A DNA stretch of 64,000 bases from Amoebidium appalachense. Its lineage: Eukaryota > Protista > Ichthyosporea. The notes under the pieces were generated by a model that was not told the DNA's origin, searched no databases, and saw nothing but the letters and a program-made list of their open reading frames with translations. A program made the translations under genes and the position numbers. The stretch's first letter is position 1, and the number at the start of each line of letters is the position of its first letter. Below, one piece after another: positions 36,801 through 50,395 of the stretch. Where the stretch lies: positions 11,411,355 through 11,475,354 of the forward strand of contig CAVNZM010000006.1 in the NCBI GenBank assembly GCA_963693365.1, given 5' to 3'.

Positions 36801-37638
36801 TCTAGCCTGTATCCCTCGCATTCTCAGCAAACACCGTTTTTCTTGCCTTTTTGCACAAAAACACACTGCGACGGCTGTGCCAATTGCCGGTGCCAGTGGC
36901 ATGGGATGCACTGCGACGTCGCATCCAATCAGCGCCATGCGCCGCTTTAGCCTCTGCCATCTGATAGGCTGCGCGGAGAGCCGTTGGCGCGGTAAATTCG
37001 AAAGTGCGACGTCCACAGTGCACGTGTGCAAAGATATGTAAATGAGTGTAACTACATTATATAGCTCTAAAACGCTACTGAGTACTGTAAAAATTGACCA
37101 TGTACGAATTATACTATTATCTGGGTAGTGTATAATGAAGGGGAAGCGTGAGAGGTGAAGAGTATGTCAAGTGGACAACGACACTGCGGCATCAGCGGCT
37201 GGCTGAAATGCACCCCGGCTTCCCGGCAGCAACAAAAAAATTAGGACCCCTATTGATTGGTCCTCGACCTGGCCTGATATCATGATATAAACAGCTGTAT
37301 GTCAGCCTCTTAACTGGATAACTAATCTTAACTCCACTATTAATAGATAATGCTTTCGGAAATTAAAGCTATAAAAAAGACATTATATGTGTTAAAAAAC
37401 ACCTCTGTATGTCTTGCACTGGCCATTACATCCATGGACCATGAACCAACAATTGATGGCCTCATGACTGCCATTTTGCATAAAAAGTTTGATTGGTATT
37501 TGATCACATACGCACTTTGACACCCCACGCAAGGTGGCGGGTATTGATGTCGAGCACCGGCATCACGGACTGTCAGTTGTCACACGGCCGCATCGCAGAC
37601 TTTTCCCTTGCCCCTTGTTGTTGTATTTCGCTGGGAAA

Positions 37639-38918
37639 ATGCTGACTGCTGCTTCTGCCGCCCCCAAGGCAGGTGCATCCTAGCTAGCACGGTGTATGCG
37701 ACAACCATGTGTGTGTGTGTGGTAGGGTGCTGACACACGTGTCTGTGCGCAGGGAGCCGTGCGCGCTGCTGGCGCTGTGGCGGGCCGCTATGCGTCTACC
37801 CTGACTGCTGCCGTGGCACCCCGCAAGTCCAAGGAGGTACGTGTACGTCTGGAGCAGGTTGTACAGAGGGAGACCTTGGGTGTGAGTGGGAGTGAACGAG
37901 TGTGTGGGTGATTGGGCGGCGTGTCTGCGCAGTACCAACTGTGAGAAGAGGATCTGCTGGGAGGAAGAATCTGTAGTGGCAGCCCGGCTAGTGCTGCTAT
38001 GTTTGTGTGCTGAGTGGTGCGCTAAGCGTGCGCTGGTTGTAGGGGTAGCTTGTGGGACGAAGGCGAGGGGCCGGCGAGGGTAGCGTGGTTCTGTTTTGTG
38101 GCGGTGGGGAGAGACCGGGAGGGCCGTGGTTTTTTTTTGCCTTTTTAAGGGGCAGGGTTTTTTTGGGGGGGGGGGGGGGGACGGGGGGAGGGGGGGGGAA
38201 GGGGGGGGGGGGGGGGGGGGGGGGGCTTGGGTGTGTGTGTGGGGGGGAGGGGGGAAGGAAAGGTTATGGGGGTTTGTGGGGGGGGGGGTGGGGGGGGAGG
38301 GGAGGGGGGGGGGAAGCATTCGTAGTAGCTGGAGTATTCAAACAGCTAACGAGGGTCACACAGCCCTTCAACACTCGCAACTTCATCAACAACGAGTGGG
38401 TGGAGTCCAAGACCACACAATGGATCGACGTGCACAACCCTGTACGTGTCTTTGTGTACGAGAAGGGCTTTGGTTGTTTGTTGTGGACTTGCAGGACACC
38501 ACGGCGGCTGTGGGGTTGCAGAGGCAGATGGGAGGGCACGGGATTACCTTTAGGGGAATATTTTATGGGGAGTGGGAGGAGGTGTGGGTTAAGGTAGGGA
38601 TAGGGTACCACGGGGGTATGTAAGTGTTCGGATAACTAGTGTGGAATCAGCAGGAGGGGAACTAGCTGCTACTATCACGCAGCCTTCAAGCATGGGTAGT
38701 CAGTTTAGCGGCCAGCACTGCATGGTGTGCTGACAGGGTGGTGGGGTTGCAGGCCACCCAGGAGGTGGTGACACGGGTGCCTGTCAGCACCAAGGAGGAG
38801 ATGGACCAGGCGCTGCAGAGTGCCCAGGAGGCCTTCAAGACGTGGAAGAACACCTCGGTCATGGCCCGCCAGCGCGTGCTCTTCAACCTCGCTCACCTGG
38901 TTCGCGAGCACCAGGTAC

Positions 38919-38952
<34 letters not shown>

Positions 38953-41003
38953 CCCTCCCCCGAGACACTAGCACGCACACGCACGAACACATACACACAT
39001 GCACGCTTGCCTCATTTTTTTGTGCGTGCAAACAAGCCGACATCCCCTTACCCACCCACCCACTAGGGGGCCTTTCTTGATGGAGCACAGCACATGCTTA
39101 TATTTTAACTCTTCTTGTCTAGACCCTTTGGGGCAGGGGCTGACCAGGGTGGGGGCGCAGACGGAGATTGCACACATGATCACGGAGGAGCAGGGCAAGA
39201 CCATCCCCGACGCAGAGGGTGATGTGCTCCGCGGTCTGCGTACGTGGCCCCCCTGTGTGCCGTGCAGAAAATGGGTGCATGGCATGTGTGTGTGTCTGAC
39301 TGTGTGCTGCAGAGGTTGTGGAGTATGCTTGCGGAGTGCCAGCCCAGCTGATGGGCAACACCCTCGGCCAGGTGGCCGCCGACATGGACACCTACATGTA
39401 CCGCCACCCCCTTGGTGTCTGCGCCGGCATCACCCCGTACGTACCCCCCCCCTTCCCCCCAAGGGATGGTTTTGTGTGCTCGGTGTCGGTCTGATGACTC
39501 TGCGACCCTGGCCCTTGGCTGTCAGTGCACCACCTGGTTCCGTGTGCATGTGACGACACTTCTCGCTCCTCCTTGTGTCTCTGTTGCAGCCCCCCTCAGC
39601 TCCTTTCCTGCCTCCTTCCCCCCTATCGCCACACACACACACACACACAAAACACACACACACAAAAGCGTGATCCCGGCCCTGCATCCCTTCCATCCAT
39701 GCCCCGTGTTTTCGTTTTTAATGCCATAGACCTGACCGTGAGCCACATCGCGGAATAAAATGTAGCGTTCTCGATATAGCAAATGGGCCCGGATCCACTT
39801 TCATCCATAAATATCAGCCCTTTAAACGTAGTATAAGCCTAACAAAGCTGAGCCCTAAATTTCGACAAGGAAACGACATTTTTTTTATAAACTAATTGGT
39901 CCTTAGCGCGAAAAGAGCCATTGTTTTTGTCTAAGTAAGACTTGGTTTTGTACTACCCCAGGCTGCTGCCAGCAGCCTCCTCGCGGCCAGTTCGATCAGC
40001 GGCGGTCGAGGCATCGTGGGGGAGACTATAAATTTGAGCTAAGCTATTCGATTGGCCAATACTGATACGAAATTCAAACTTTCAAACTTTCGCTACTATG
40101 AAGGGGATGTGCATCACCGTTCTAATATACGAAAGTTTGCGGCTTCGCCTTGCGCTCAGTACAAAAAGGTATCAAAATAAGCGCCTTTGCCTCCTGCGTA
40201 TTTCCTACTAAGCATGTAATGGGTTATGGCTGCAATAAACGCTGATAAAATAGGGGCAAAAAAAGGTCAATTTCATGTCTCTCCTATGATCGCTATGCTT
40301 CATTTTATTCAGTCGATCTGAGCCGCCGGCCGCCGCAATCAGTTCTGTATGTGCATGACTGCTCTCACCATGCACACTCACACACCATGACCGGTACGGT
40401 GGATGACCTGGGGACCCCCCTTGCTAGGAATGGGCCCTGCTGATGATCCATGCTCTGTATTTGTGCTTGCAATCTGCATTGTGCTGTCCACACTCAATCG
40501 CATTCAAACCCCCCCAGACATCTTTACTTCCATGCAACCGGGCATGGTTGCTCTGTGTCGTGCATCTGTAAGCACATACGCGTTTGTCGCTGCACTGCAT
40601 TAGTTTGCACATACATCTTCACCGTTTTGCTCACCTTGCTTGCATAAGCAACCCTGCTCGTCTTTGATCAAGACGGGTTGACCCACCCAAGTTCAGTTGA
40701 TGCTGCTGTCTGAGTTGGAGCGTCGTATATACGCGGGCTAAGGGGTCGAAACTCAGACGCAATTGATGACTTGGGCCCTCCCTGAGGATGGGCTCTGCTT
40801 ATGACGCATACTGTGCGCATGGCTGATGCTGCATACTTGAATGTTTGCCTTTGCATGTGTCCTGCACCATGCTTCTCATCGTGTATGCGTACTTCGTACT
40901 GTGTTCCGCATTCAAACCCCCCCCCCCCTCCCCCGGCCTTCACCGCGCTAACGTTGATCACCCTGCAGCTTCAACTTCCCTGCCATGATTCCCCTCTGGG
41001 TAG

Positions 41004-41040
<37 letters not shown>

Positions 41041-43214
41041 ACATCCCCCCTTCCCCCCGGGGTGAATTCTATCTGGCTCTTTGCTTGGAACTTTTCTAAT
41101 AGTATTTGTGGGTTTGCCCATTTGCTACAAAAGCCAGCCTGCTTGCCTCTCATCAGGACGGGTGATTTACCCACCTTGAATCAAAGCAGTATCGAAGTTG
41201 TATTTTTTGGGAGAGGTGAATGGGTTGAAAGTTGTGAACTGTGGATGGTCTGGTGCGCTTTTGGGCGTGGGCTCTACTCTGCTCGATGTGGGGTATTGGC
41301 GTTTGAGGGTTGCCTTCGCACTGTTCCATCCCACACCCAACCTGCCACCCCTCCGCGTGCAAGTATTTGCCCCAGGCACACTGCATGCACGTACGCCTCA
41401 ATGTAGTTGCTGTGCTGACACGCTGCTGCAGATGTTCCCTATGGCCCTGGCCACCGGCAACACCTTCATCCTGAAGTGCTCAGAGCGCGATCCCACGGCC
41501 TGTGCGTGCCCCACACCCTCCCCTCCTTTTTCTCTCTCCGCACAATGCCCCACCATGTTGTGCACATAAAGTGGCCGCTGCATCATCACCCCCCGCCCCT
41601 CCCCCCCCCCCCTTCCCCTCTCCTTTCTCTCTCTGCGTCCCCTGCGTAAAAAGAGCCGAAATGCAAAGAGAAGTGGCATCCTTTGCCATCCTTTGTGCAT
41701 TTCATGCCACTTGTACACGCATACATGCGTCACACTTCACAGACCTCCCGGGCATCGCCTACCCATACATCCACTGTCTGCCGAAAACACACATGCATGC
41801 ACAGTAGCAGTGGACATTCACACACACATGCCCACCACTCACGCACACATGCCCGGCATGCACACACACCTGCCCCCATGCATACACACGTTCAGCATGC
41901 ACACACACCTGCCCCCCATGCATCCACACGTTCAGCATGCACACACACCTGCCCCCCATGCATCCACACGTTCAGCATGCACACACACCTGCCCCCATGC
42001 ACACACACGTTCAGCATGCACACACACCTGCCCCCATGCACACACACGTTCAGCATGCACACACACATGCCCCCCTGCACACACTGTCTGGTCACCCGTC
42101 TCCTCCACACAACCGGATTCTATCACCCATATGCCCCCCCTCTCTCCTTCTCTCCCTCCCTCCTCTGTACTCAGCATTATGTTGTCCGTTATGACTGTGA
42201 ACTTCAGAACACATCACAACCCCCCCCCCCCCCCCTGCGCGCTCCCACCCTCTCCCCTCTCTACCGTGTCCGCAAGTGCTCACACACACACACACACACA
42301 CACGCACACCTTCTTTCTCTCATGTTTCTGAGGATGGGCACCACATGTGTGCACTTCGTGGCATGCCTGCCATATTGGCCATTTAGCATTGTTACGTGGT
42401 CTGGCACATTCTGACCGCAGCACCCCCAGCCATGGCCATGGTTGAGCTTGCCAAGCGTGCCGGTGTGCCTGCCGGTGTGGTCAACGTCATCCACGGTGGC
42501 AAGGTGTGTGTGTGCATGCGGGAGGGAGGGCGCGGGGGGGGGGGGGGGGGGGGAGGGGGGAGGGGGAGGGGCATACTGGTAAGGGGAGGGGGGAGGGGGG
42601 GTGTGCATGGCTGGGCATGATGGCTGTGTTAGCAGTGGGCAGTTATGGCTGGGACCGTGTGCTGATCCGTGGGCTGCAGACGGCGGTGGACTTCATCTGC
42701 GAGGCACAGCCCATCAAGGCCATCTCGTTTGTGGGCAGCGACTTTGTGGGCAAGTACATCTACGAGCACGGCTGCAAGAACGGCAAGCGCGTGCAGTCCA
42801 ACATGGGCGCCAAGAACCATGGCGTGATCATGGCCGATGCCAACAAGGAGTACACCCTCAACCAGCTGGTTGGTGCCGCCTTTGGCGCTGCCGGCCAGCG
42901 CTGCATGGCCCTGTCCACGGCCGTGTTTGTGGGTGAGGCACGCGACTGGATGCCCGACCTGCTTGCCAGGGCCAAGGCCCTCAAGGTCAATGCCGGCCAC
43001 GTGGCTGGCACAGACGTTGGACCCGTACGTGCTCCCTGACCCCCTAGCCAGAGTGCACTGGAAACACACAACCACCCACCCCCCACTCTGCCCCACCACT
43101 CCCACCACCACCACACAAGCACACGTGCACACGCAGCAATGATTCGGCAACCAGGTCACGGGCATGCACATGCTGTAGCGTGCGCGCACGCACGCGCAAT
43201 GATATCACGGACAT

Positions 43215-43254
<40 letters not shown>

Positions 43255-44269
43255 GATGGCATGCACACGCACATGCACACACGCACACAATGATGGCATG
43301 CACACGTACATGCACACACGCACACAAAAACACAAGCACAAACACACAGGGATGGCATGCACATGCACACACACACACACAGTGATACAGTCCACTCACG
43401 CTACCGTGCAGATGATCTCGCCTGCCGCTCTCAAGCGCGCGCACGACATCATCGAAGACAGCGTCAAGGCCGGGGCCAAGCTGCTGCTGGACGGGCGGGG
43501 GGTCAAGGTGCCGGGCTACGAGAAGGGCAACTTCCTGGGGCCCACGATCATCGCCAACGTCACCCCGGACATGCGCTGCTACCGTGAGGAGATCTTCGGC
43601 CCCGTCATGGTGTGCCTGGACGTGGACACCCTGGATGAGGCCATCGACCTGGTCAACTCCAATCCCTACGGCAACGGCACGGCCCTCTTCACTAACAATG
43701 GCGCCACGGCACGCCGCTACCAGCACGAGACTGAGTGCGGCCAGGTATGTGCATCCACCCACACACACAGACATGTGCATGTGCAATTATATACCTGTGG
43801 ATGAACCACCCATACACATGCACGTAGTGGTACAGATGCACGCGCGCACGCACACACACACGCACGCACGCACCGCACGCACACACGCATGCACATGCAT
43901 ATGCATATTGGTGACACTGTATGCCTGCACACACACGTCCTTAGCAACCGCAAAAAGAGCTCTCCACAACATGTGGATTACCACTGCATAGATACATGTA
44001 CAGGTGGACATGCACACACACACACAGATACATGCACAAGTGAACCCTGCTCACCCGTGCGCCATCAGGTGGGGATCAACGTGCCCATCCCTGTGCCGCT
44101 GCCCATGTTCTCGTTCACGGGCAACAAGGCATCGTTCCACGGGGACCTCAACTTCTACGGCAAGGCCGGCATCGACTTCTACACGCAGATGAAGACCATC
44201 ACCAGCCTGTGGCGCAAGCAGGACGTCACCCACCAGATCTCTGCCACCGCCTTCCCCCGTCTGGGCTAA
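37639..44269 (+). CDS. ALDH6A1: Methylmalonate-semialdehyde dehydrogenase (acylating), mitochondrial; 12 exons
   Basis: Exons: [10 protein letters not shown] (37639-37668); Ala/Arg-rich transit-like exon (37753-37836); [21 protein letters not shown]|ATQEVV; [27 protein letters not shown]; [10 protein letters not shown]|[10 protein letters not shown]|[21 protein letters not shown]; ISFVGS...[11 protein letters not shown]...[13 protein letters not shown] (catalytic Cys); YREEIFGPV; GQ|[18 protein letters not shown] to the stop at 44269. Confidence 0.96.
41856..42076. repeat. About 40-bp intronic tandem repeat, 5-6 copies (CATGCACACACACCTGCCCCCATGCA.ACACACGTTCAG)
   Basis: Directly visible in an ALDH6A1 intron. 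Confidence 0.9.
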
Positions 44270-44761
44270 GCCAGGCCCCTTGGAAACTGTTGTAGCAGTG
44301 TGGGCTGGCCCCGCACCACAGATCGCTGGGCGGTGGGCTGGCCCGTGCACCGTAATAGTAAATGTATATGCATGGCTGCGCCATGATTTGTAATCCCATA
44401 CAACCTGCCTATGTTGCTGCCCGTCCCTTCCCCGTGTGCTACCCCTTTATTGCCCCGTACCCACCACCGCACGTGGCCAACATGGCTGTTGCTCAGGCCA
44501 TCTTCGTGTGCAAGCTTTCTCCTGGCCGCAACTGCAATTGAAAGTCCGAAACAACGACGAAAATTGTGCCGATACCCTCCTGCTTGCACACAGTTTTTAT
44601 AAAGCCCATTACAGTGTGGCATGCCTGCTGGCCCCCCTATGTACACCCTCCCCAAGACCACAAGGGTTGCCAGGGGCCCACGCACCCCTAGGCCTCTGCT
44701 GCTACTCCAGGGTTGGTTGTGTGTGTAGCTGCCCGAATGTGCCATCTAACTAGGTCCGTAC

Positions 44762-44800
<39 letters not shown>

Positions 44801-45124
44801 ACACACACACACAAAAAAAAAAAAAAGGATTCCTTCCACATAACGCTGCTAGGCCCTATCACGTGCACCACCTCAGTGCATGGACATGGCCTACAAATTG
44901 GAACCTTTTCCGCTCGTTCCCCGCCCCCCCCATCACCATCATGATCATGGCGCATTGACGTCTTGGCATCATTATTGGCAGCCAAAGGCGCATATGAAAG
45001 GATGATTTCCTACAGCATTGAACATCAAAGATCACCGTCTTGCAATTAGTACGTTTCTCCAACAGTCTACCCCCCCGGCCTCCCCCTCACCTTTTCTCCC
45101 CTCTTCTCAGCCTCATGGCATCCA

Positions 45125-45173
<49 letters not shown>

Positions 45174-45403
45174 AAAAAAACACATACACACACACCGTCC
45201 GCCATCTTGCACGCCAAACCACCGTGACCACACCGTGACACACAAAACAAAACTCTATTCCAAGGCTTGAGGTAGGGCCACTCAAACCTTTGGCATTTTC
45301 GTGTTGGCTTTCAATGTGCAAATTGCAGGAAGATCGCTGCTGTAAGGCTTCGAGAGTTATGTGAAAGCGGAAGAAGGCCCCCAGGGAGTATGAGTGTGTG
45401 TGT

Positions 45404-45434
<31 letters not shown>

Positions 45435-45605
45435 GGGGGGGGGGGAGGGCTTCGTTAGCGACGTTCGAGCTCAAGTTTTAGCAACGGTGTTACCTATGAC
45501 ATATACATGTTGTAGCCCTTTGACAGTCATTCGGATACTACAATCCGGCCAGAACCCCCCCACACGTGCACCCTCCCCCCTCACAACCCCACCCCCATCC
45601 CCCCA

Positions 45606-46313
45606 TGTCATCTTCACTTGATTCTCAGCAAGACTTAGAAGTTGAGTTTGGTATTTATTTATTAGTTGTTGTAGTTTGTTTCCTTTTCCTTTCTTCATTT
45701 CTTTCTTTCTTTTCCGTTTCCGTGTACACGACATCTTAGATCTGTGTACGTATCGACATACTTAGCTCGCGCACACGTATTGTCGTTTGCGTCAAAATCT
45801 ATATATGTCATCCAATCATATCTCGTTTGTATTTTCCCAAATATAGTAACTTACATTCCTTTCTCATTCCTTTCCCACGACGTAGCATTGTGCTATGTTC
45901 TTCAACTATTAGGAATAATTATATTTAGACGTGTTATGATAAGAACATGTATAAATATATGTTATGAATTAATAGTTACGTAAGTGGTTTCATTTTATTA
46001 AATGTTTCCGTGCTTTTATTAGAAGTTTCTTTCATTAGAGGATTGAGTTTTATATTCTAAATGTCGACAGACATTTTATTCGATATATTTTACACTCATA
46101 GTTTTCATTCTTTTGATTGGTTTATCGTTTCACATTCCCAAGTATAAAAAGGACCTCATCTTGAAATAAATCACAAGCAGTCGTATTCATTTCCTATGGT
46201 TCCAGAAATCGTTCCTCCTCTCCGGTTGTGTTTATCCCGTGTGTCTCTGTGTTGTGTATATCATAACACCCATCTGTGCTCTCTGCTTCTCCGTTTACCC
46301 ACACAAAATAACA
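45606..46313 (+). repeat. 5' LTR of copia A
   Basis: TGTCATCTTC...AAAATAACA; same length as the 3' copy and no differences noticed by eye. TATAAAA at about 46144. Confidence 0.97.
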
Positions 46314-46388
46314 GGTTTACGGCCCCTTTGCACGCTAACACACAATCTCGCTACAACCGCGAAATCTCTCAGTCTTACTGCTTCAATC

Positions 46389-49300
46389 ATGACTGACAAA
46401 CCGTCGTATATCAACCTTCCAATATGGAATCCGTCCGAGAAACGAGACGAGAAACGTCTTAATTATTTCGAGTGGGAGCCACTCATTCACCGGTTCATTA
46501 GAACAACCATTGCCGAGAAATTCGTTGACGCTATCAAGAGGCCACAGTGGGTTGACGGCGCTGAAGTCAACCAGTGGCTAGGCTACACCACCAAGGACTC
46601 CTACAAGAAAGCTTCCGACGTCCTCGACCAGATCCTCAACCAGTCCGTCCACCCGACCGAGCTCTACGACTCCGGCCGGATGCAAGACGGTGTCCACGGT
46701 GGTGAAGTCTTCCACAACCTACGTATGGCGTATGTAGCAGAGAAGGAGGCCCGAGTCACCCAGATTCAAGTCACCTTCGAGGAGCTTGAACTACGAGACT
46801 ACCCCAACGTCACAGCATACCTCACCCGTCTCCAACGTCTGGCTACGACACTTGCCTGCCTCGACGAGCCCGTCCAGCACAAGGATGTCGTACGTAAGTT
46901 CTTCCTCCACCTCAGGAAGAACACAGCCCTGGTCTGCTCCGACATTGAACGTCTCTGCTCCGACTACTGGATGAACAACAAGGCCTACCCGTCCTTCAAC
47001 ATGCTCATCAGTGACATCCGAGGAGCTGAAATCCGTGCCGGCCTCATCGACGCAGGCACTGGTGCAACCGTCAACAACCGTCCCCTCCGTGCACTCCAGA
47101 GCAGAGTGCTTCCCCCCGGTGACCTCCGTAACCGTATTCCTCGACGTGAGCATACACCTCACCGATGCCCGTCCCGTTCCCGTGATCCTCGTCCGTCCTC
47201 CAAGTCACCCGGCCCCCGTTCAACTTCCCCTTACCACCGTGGTAACAGGGACAACCGTAACCGACAGCACAACACCAATAGTGTGAAGTGTTCCTACTGC
47301 CATGAGCCCCACCACATCACAGCATGCCCGGAGCCTGGCTGTACAGTTGCTCGTCGTGCCAAGCAGGAGAAAGGTGACAAGAGTGTGAAATTTGCACTCA
47401 TCTCCTCCACCGGCACACCTGACAGTAACGACCCCGTCTGGGACAGTGCTTGTAATGCACACATCTGCCCCATCAAGGAGTATTTCTCCTCCCTTACCCC
47501 GTGTCCTCCCACCCCCATTCACGGCCTCGGCACAGTCAATGCCAAACAACGTGGCATCATCAACATGACACTGCACTACAACGGCCACCCAACACCGTGC
47601 AGCATCAATGCTTACTACGTACCCGAGGCACCGTCTTTCCTCGTGTCTACCTCCATGGCCTCAGCTGCCGGCCTCCTAGGTCATTGTGACGATACAGACA
47701 ACCACCCGTCGTTCCTCTACAGCCGTAATGGTGACATCATTACAGATCTCACCCCCCTCGACGGTCTCTACTACATCACTGACTATGTGATTGAGACTCC
47801 TAAACACCCGGGGGTCCAAGCCTACACAGCAAGGACTCAACCACCCGACGACCTCACCCTTTGGCACAACCGTCTCGGCCACCGTGCCCTCTCCACCGTC
47901 ACCAGGATGGCCAAGGATGAGCTTGTCATCGGCATGCCCCCCTCCCTCAAGTCACCCGACAACAGTGACTGCTTCGGCTGCATGTCTGGCAAGACCACCA
48001 AGGCCCCCTTTCCCGGCACCCGTTCCAAGTTCACCATTCCCGGTGCTAAGTGGCACCTGGACTTCTTCGAAGCTCCCTGTGCTTCCTACGGAGGCTACAA
48101 GGTTGCTCTGGTGTGTGTTTGTGATGCCACCGGTTACACCACCGTGTTCCCCCTCTACAACCGTGGTGAAACCCTCAGCCACATTCAGTCTCTCGTTGAA
48201 ACCATCGAACGTCAGACACCTGAGATCGTCACCCATCTTCGGTTTGACTCCGGCTCTGAGTTCACCTCCAAGGACACCGAGGCCTACTGCAAGCAGAAAG
48301 GCATCATCATGGAGTTTGCCCCCGTCGACACACCACAACACAACGGTGTTGTTGAACGGAAGATGAGAGAACTGCAAGAGACAGTCCGTTGCTTCCTCCA
48401 TGCCGACAAGGACCAACCTCTCTCTCCCAAGTTGTGGGTTGCTGCTCTCAAGCATGCAGGCTACATCATCAACGTCACACCGTCATCTGCTGCCAACGGC
48501 AACACTCCCTTCGAGGCCTTCCACGGCTTCAAACCCGACGTCTCCCAGCTCCACGTGTTCGGCTCCCCTGCCTATGTGCATGTTCCCCGGTCAAAGAGGA
48601 ACAAGCTGGCATCAACCGTCAGAGTCGGCACCTACGTCGGCTGGGACCTACCCTCCAAGGCACACAAGATCCTCGACCATGCCAGCAACCAAATCAAGAT
48701 CTGCCGTGATGTGATCTTCGACGAGTCGAAATTCACGAGCAGCACCAATCAGGTCTCCGTTCCCCCCAAACCCGATCTGCCGACATTGGACCCCCCCTCC
48801 GACGACGACTATGAAACTCCGTCTGTGGTCATCTCCCAACCGTCCTGGCACAACCAACCAGCCCCGGTTGAACCCGTGCCTCCCCCGAGCCCCCCCCCCC
48901 ACTGGCCAACAACCCTTGCTGCCGGCCCCCCCCGTTGCTGTGCATCAACCCGGCTACATGACTCCGGTTCGTCCTGGGTCCCCCACCTTCCACTCGGCCT
49001 CGAGCAGCCCTGTGGACACCGATGCCCCCCTCACCACCGGTCCTATTCCTGGCTTCCATGCCCCTATCCCGGCCTCCACCACCTACCCGGCCACCACCCC
49101 CCTCAAGGACCCCCCCAAGCCCAACCTTCGTCGGTCTACACGTCTCACCAAGACTCCAACGGCACTGGTCAGCATCGTAGCACCGACCATCAACATTGAC
49201 CAGCTCCCCAAGGGCATTCAAAAGCTTTGCAACGGTCCCAACGGTGATGCCGTCATAGCTGCCCTCACCTCCGAGTACCAAGCCTTCATCACCAAGGATG

Positions 49301-49472
49301 TCTTCACCATTGTTGACCCTGGTGCCAACATCATCAAGTTCAAGTGGATTGTGACTGAGAAAGTCCTCAACTCAGCCGGTGACACCAAGATCAAAGCTCG
49401 TGGTGTTGCAAAGGGCTTCACTCAAGTCTACGGTGTTGACTACTGTGACACCTCTTCCCCCGTGGTGATGTC
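46389..49472 (+). CDS. Copia A gag-protease-integrase and RT N-terminus (one frameshift near C runs at about 48890-48932)
   Basis: CSYCHEPHHITAC knuckle, WDSACNAH protease, LWHNRLGH...CFGC and HLDFF/RFDSGSEF/NGVVER integrase. RT (KWIVTEK...KARGVAKGFTQVYGVDY) continues in another frame up to the insertion site. Confidence 0.9.
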
Positions 49473-50210
49473 TGTTGGACATTGTGTTCATAGAAGCTAG
49501 TTCTAGTGCACGTTGTTCCTTCTGTAAGTCAGAAATGATTGCATCTTGTGAGGCCAACCTCTGCTCCAGTAGTTGGACTAGTTGCTGCAACTGTAAGTTG
49601 TCAGACATAGTGTCGTGTATGATGGGTAACTAGTCTATGTGTTTTGTGCACTGAAAACGACAGTAGAAAAGTGTAAATCAAACATTCTGCTTTTTATATA
49701 GTCGTTGGCCACCTCATGGTGGCCTCGTGTGCACCCTGGTGGTGGGCCATGTACAGCATGGCCGAAAAGAGAGCACAATGAAAACAAGTCGTTAAAGATA
49801 TAAAAGTTAACTGTGCACGTTGAGTGGCTAGTTAACTTGCACTAAAGCACACAAATAAACGTGTTTAACACACCAATTGCAGTTAAACGTAAATCTTACT
49901 TCACACAACTAAAAATATTCTGAGAATATCCGGGAATAAAGCACACTACCACTCTAAGAATAGAATCCTGTGGCAAATATAGACATGACATCATCTGAAC
50001 CGGGAATATTAATTAATGAGCACAATTAGCACGTTGCTAGTGAAGCTCGTCATTGGTACAGTTTTGGCTCAAACATATAACTACCATATATGAATATGAC
50101 CGTAAACAAAAAACTCTATGCACTCGAGTGAGTGTTGAAACAATTATTCAATTGCTCAGAAACTTTCTCTAACAGACATTGCTAGCCGGGAGTACCAGTG
50201 TACTCCAACA
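49473..50210 (-). repeat. 3' LTR of copia B
   Basis: Matches 54558-55323 apart from a 28-bp gap at 49692/49693. Confidence 0.96.
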
Positions 50211-50395
50211 CCCCTACTCAATTGGATAATTGTGGTATGAATTAATGCAACTGAGCTCGAGTGCTTCAGGTGCACAAAATACAGACAATAAAGATTCCCC
50301 TACTCAATTTTAGTATGGTACACGTAGTTGCACAGTCGGATGCAACTCTCTCCCCCCCTTGAAGTATGAGGGCGCAGTTGGTTGATGACGGGTGC

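Noticed and set aside
39726-40350. Non-repetitive block in an ALDH6A1 intron as a TIR element
   Set aside because: The ends are only loosely complementary and no TSD was found. It may be an old insertion but cannot be defined.
40764-40826. C/D-box snoRNA-like pattern (TGATGA...CTGA...CTGA) or hammerhead core (CTGAGGA)
   Set aside because: The putative guide matches the recalled 18S sequence GGAGGGCAAGTC only with a 2-nt bulge, there is no terminal stem, and no downstream GAAA exists for a hammerhead.
46239-46388. ORF-track start of copia A gag at a GTG inside the LTR
   Set aside because: Non-ATG start in a eukaryote; the first ATG at 46389, after the PBS, is the simpler start.
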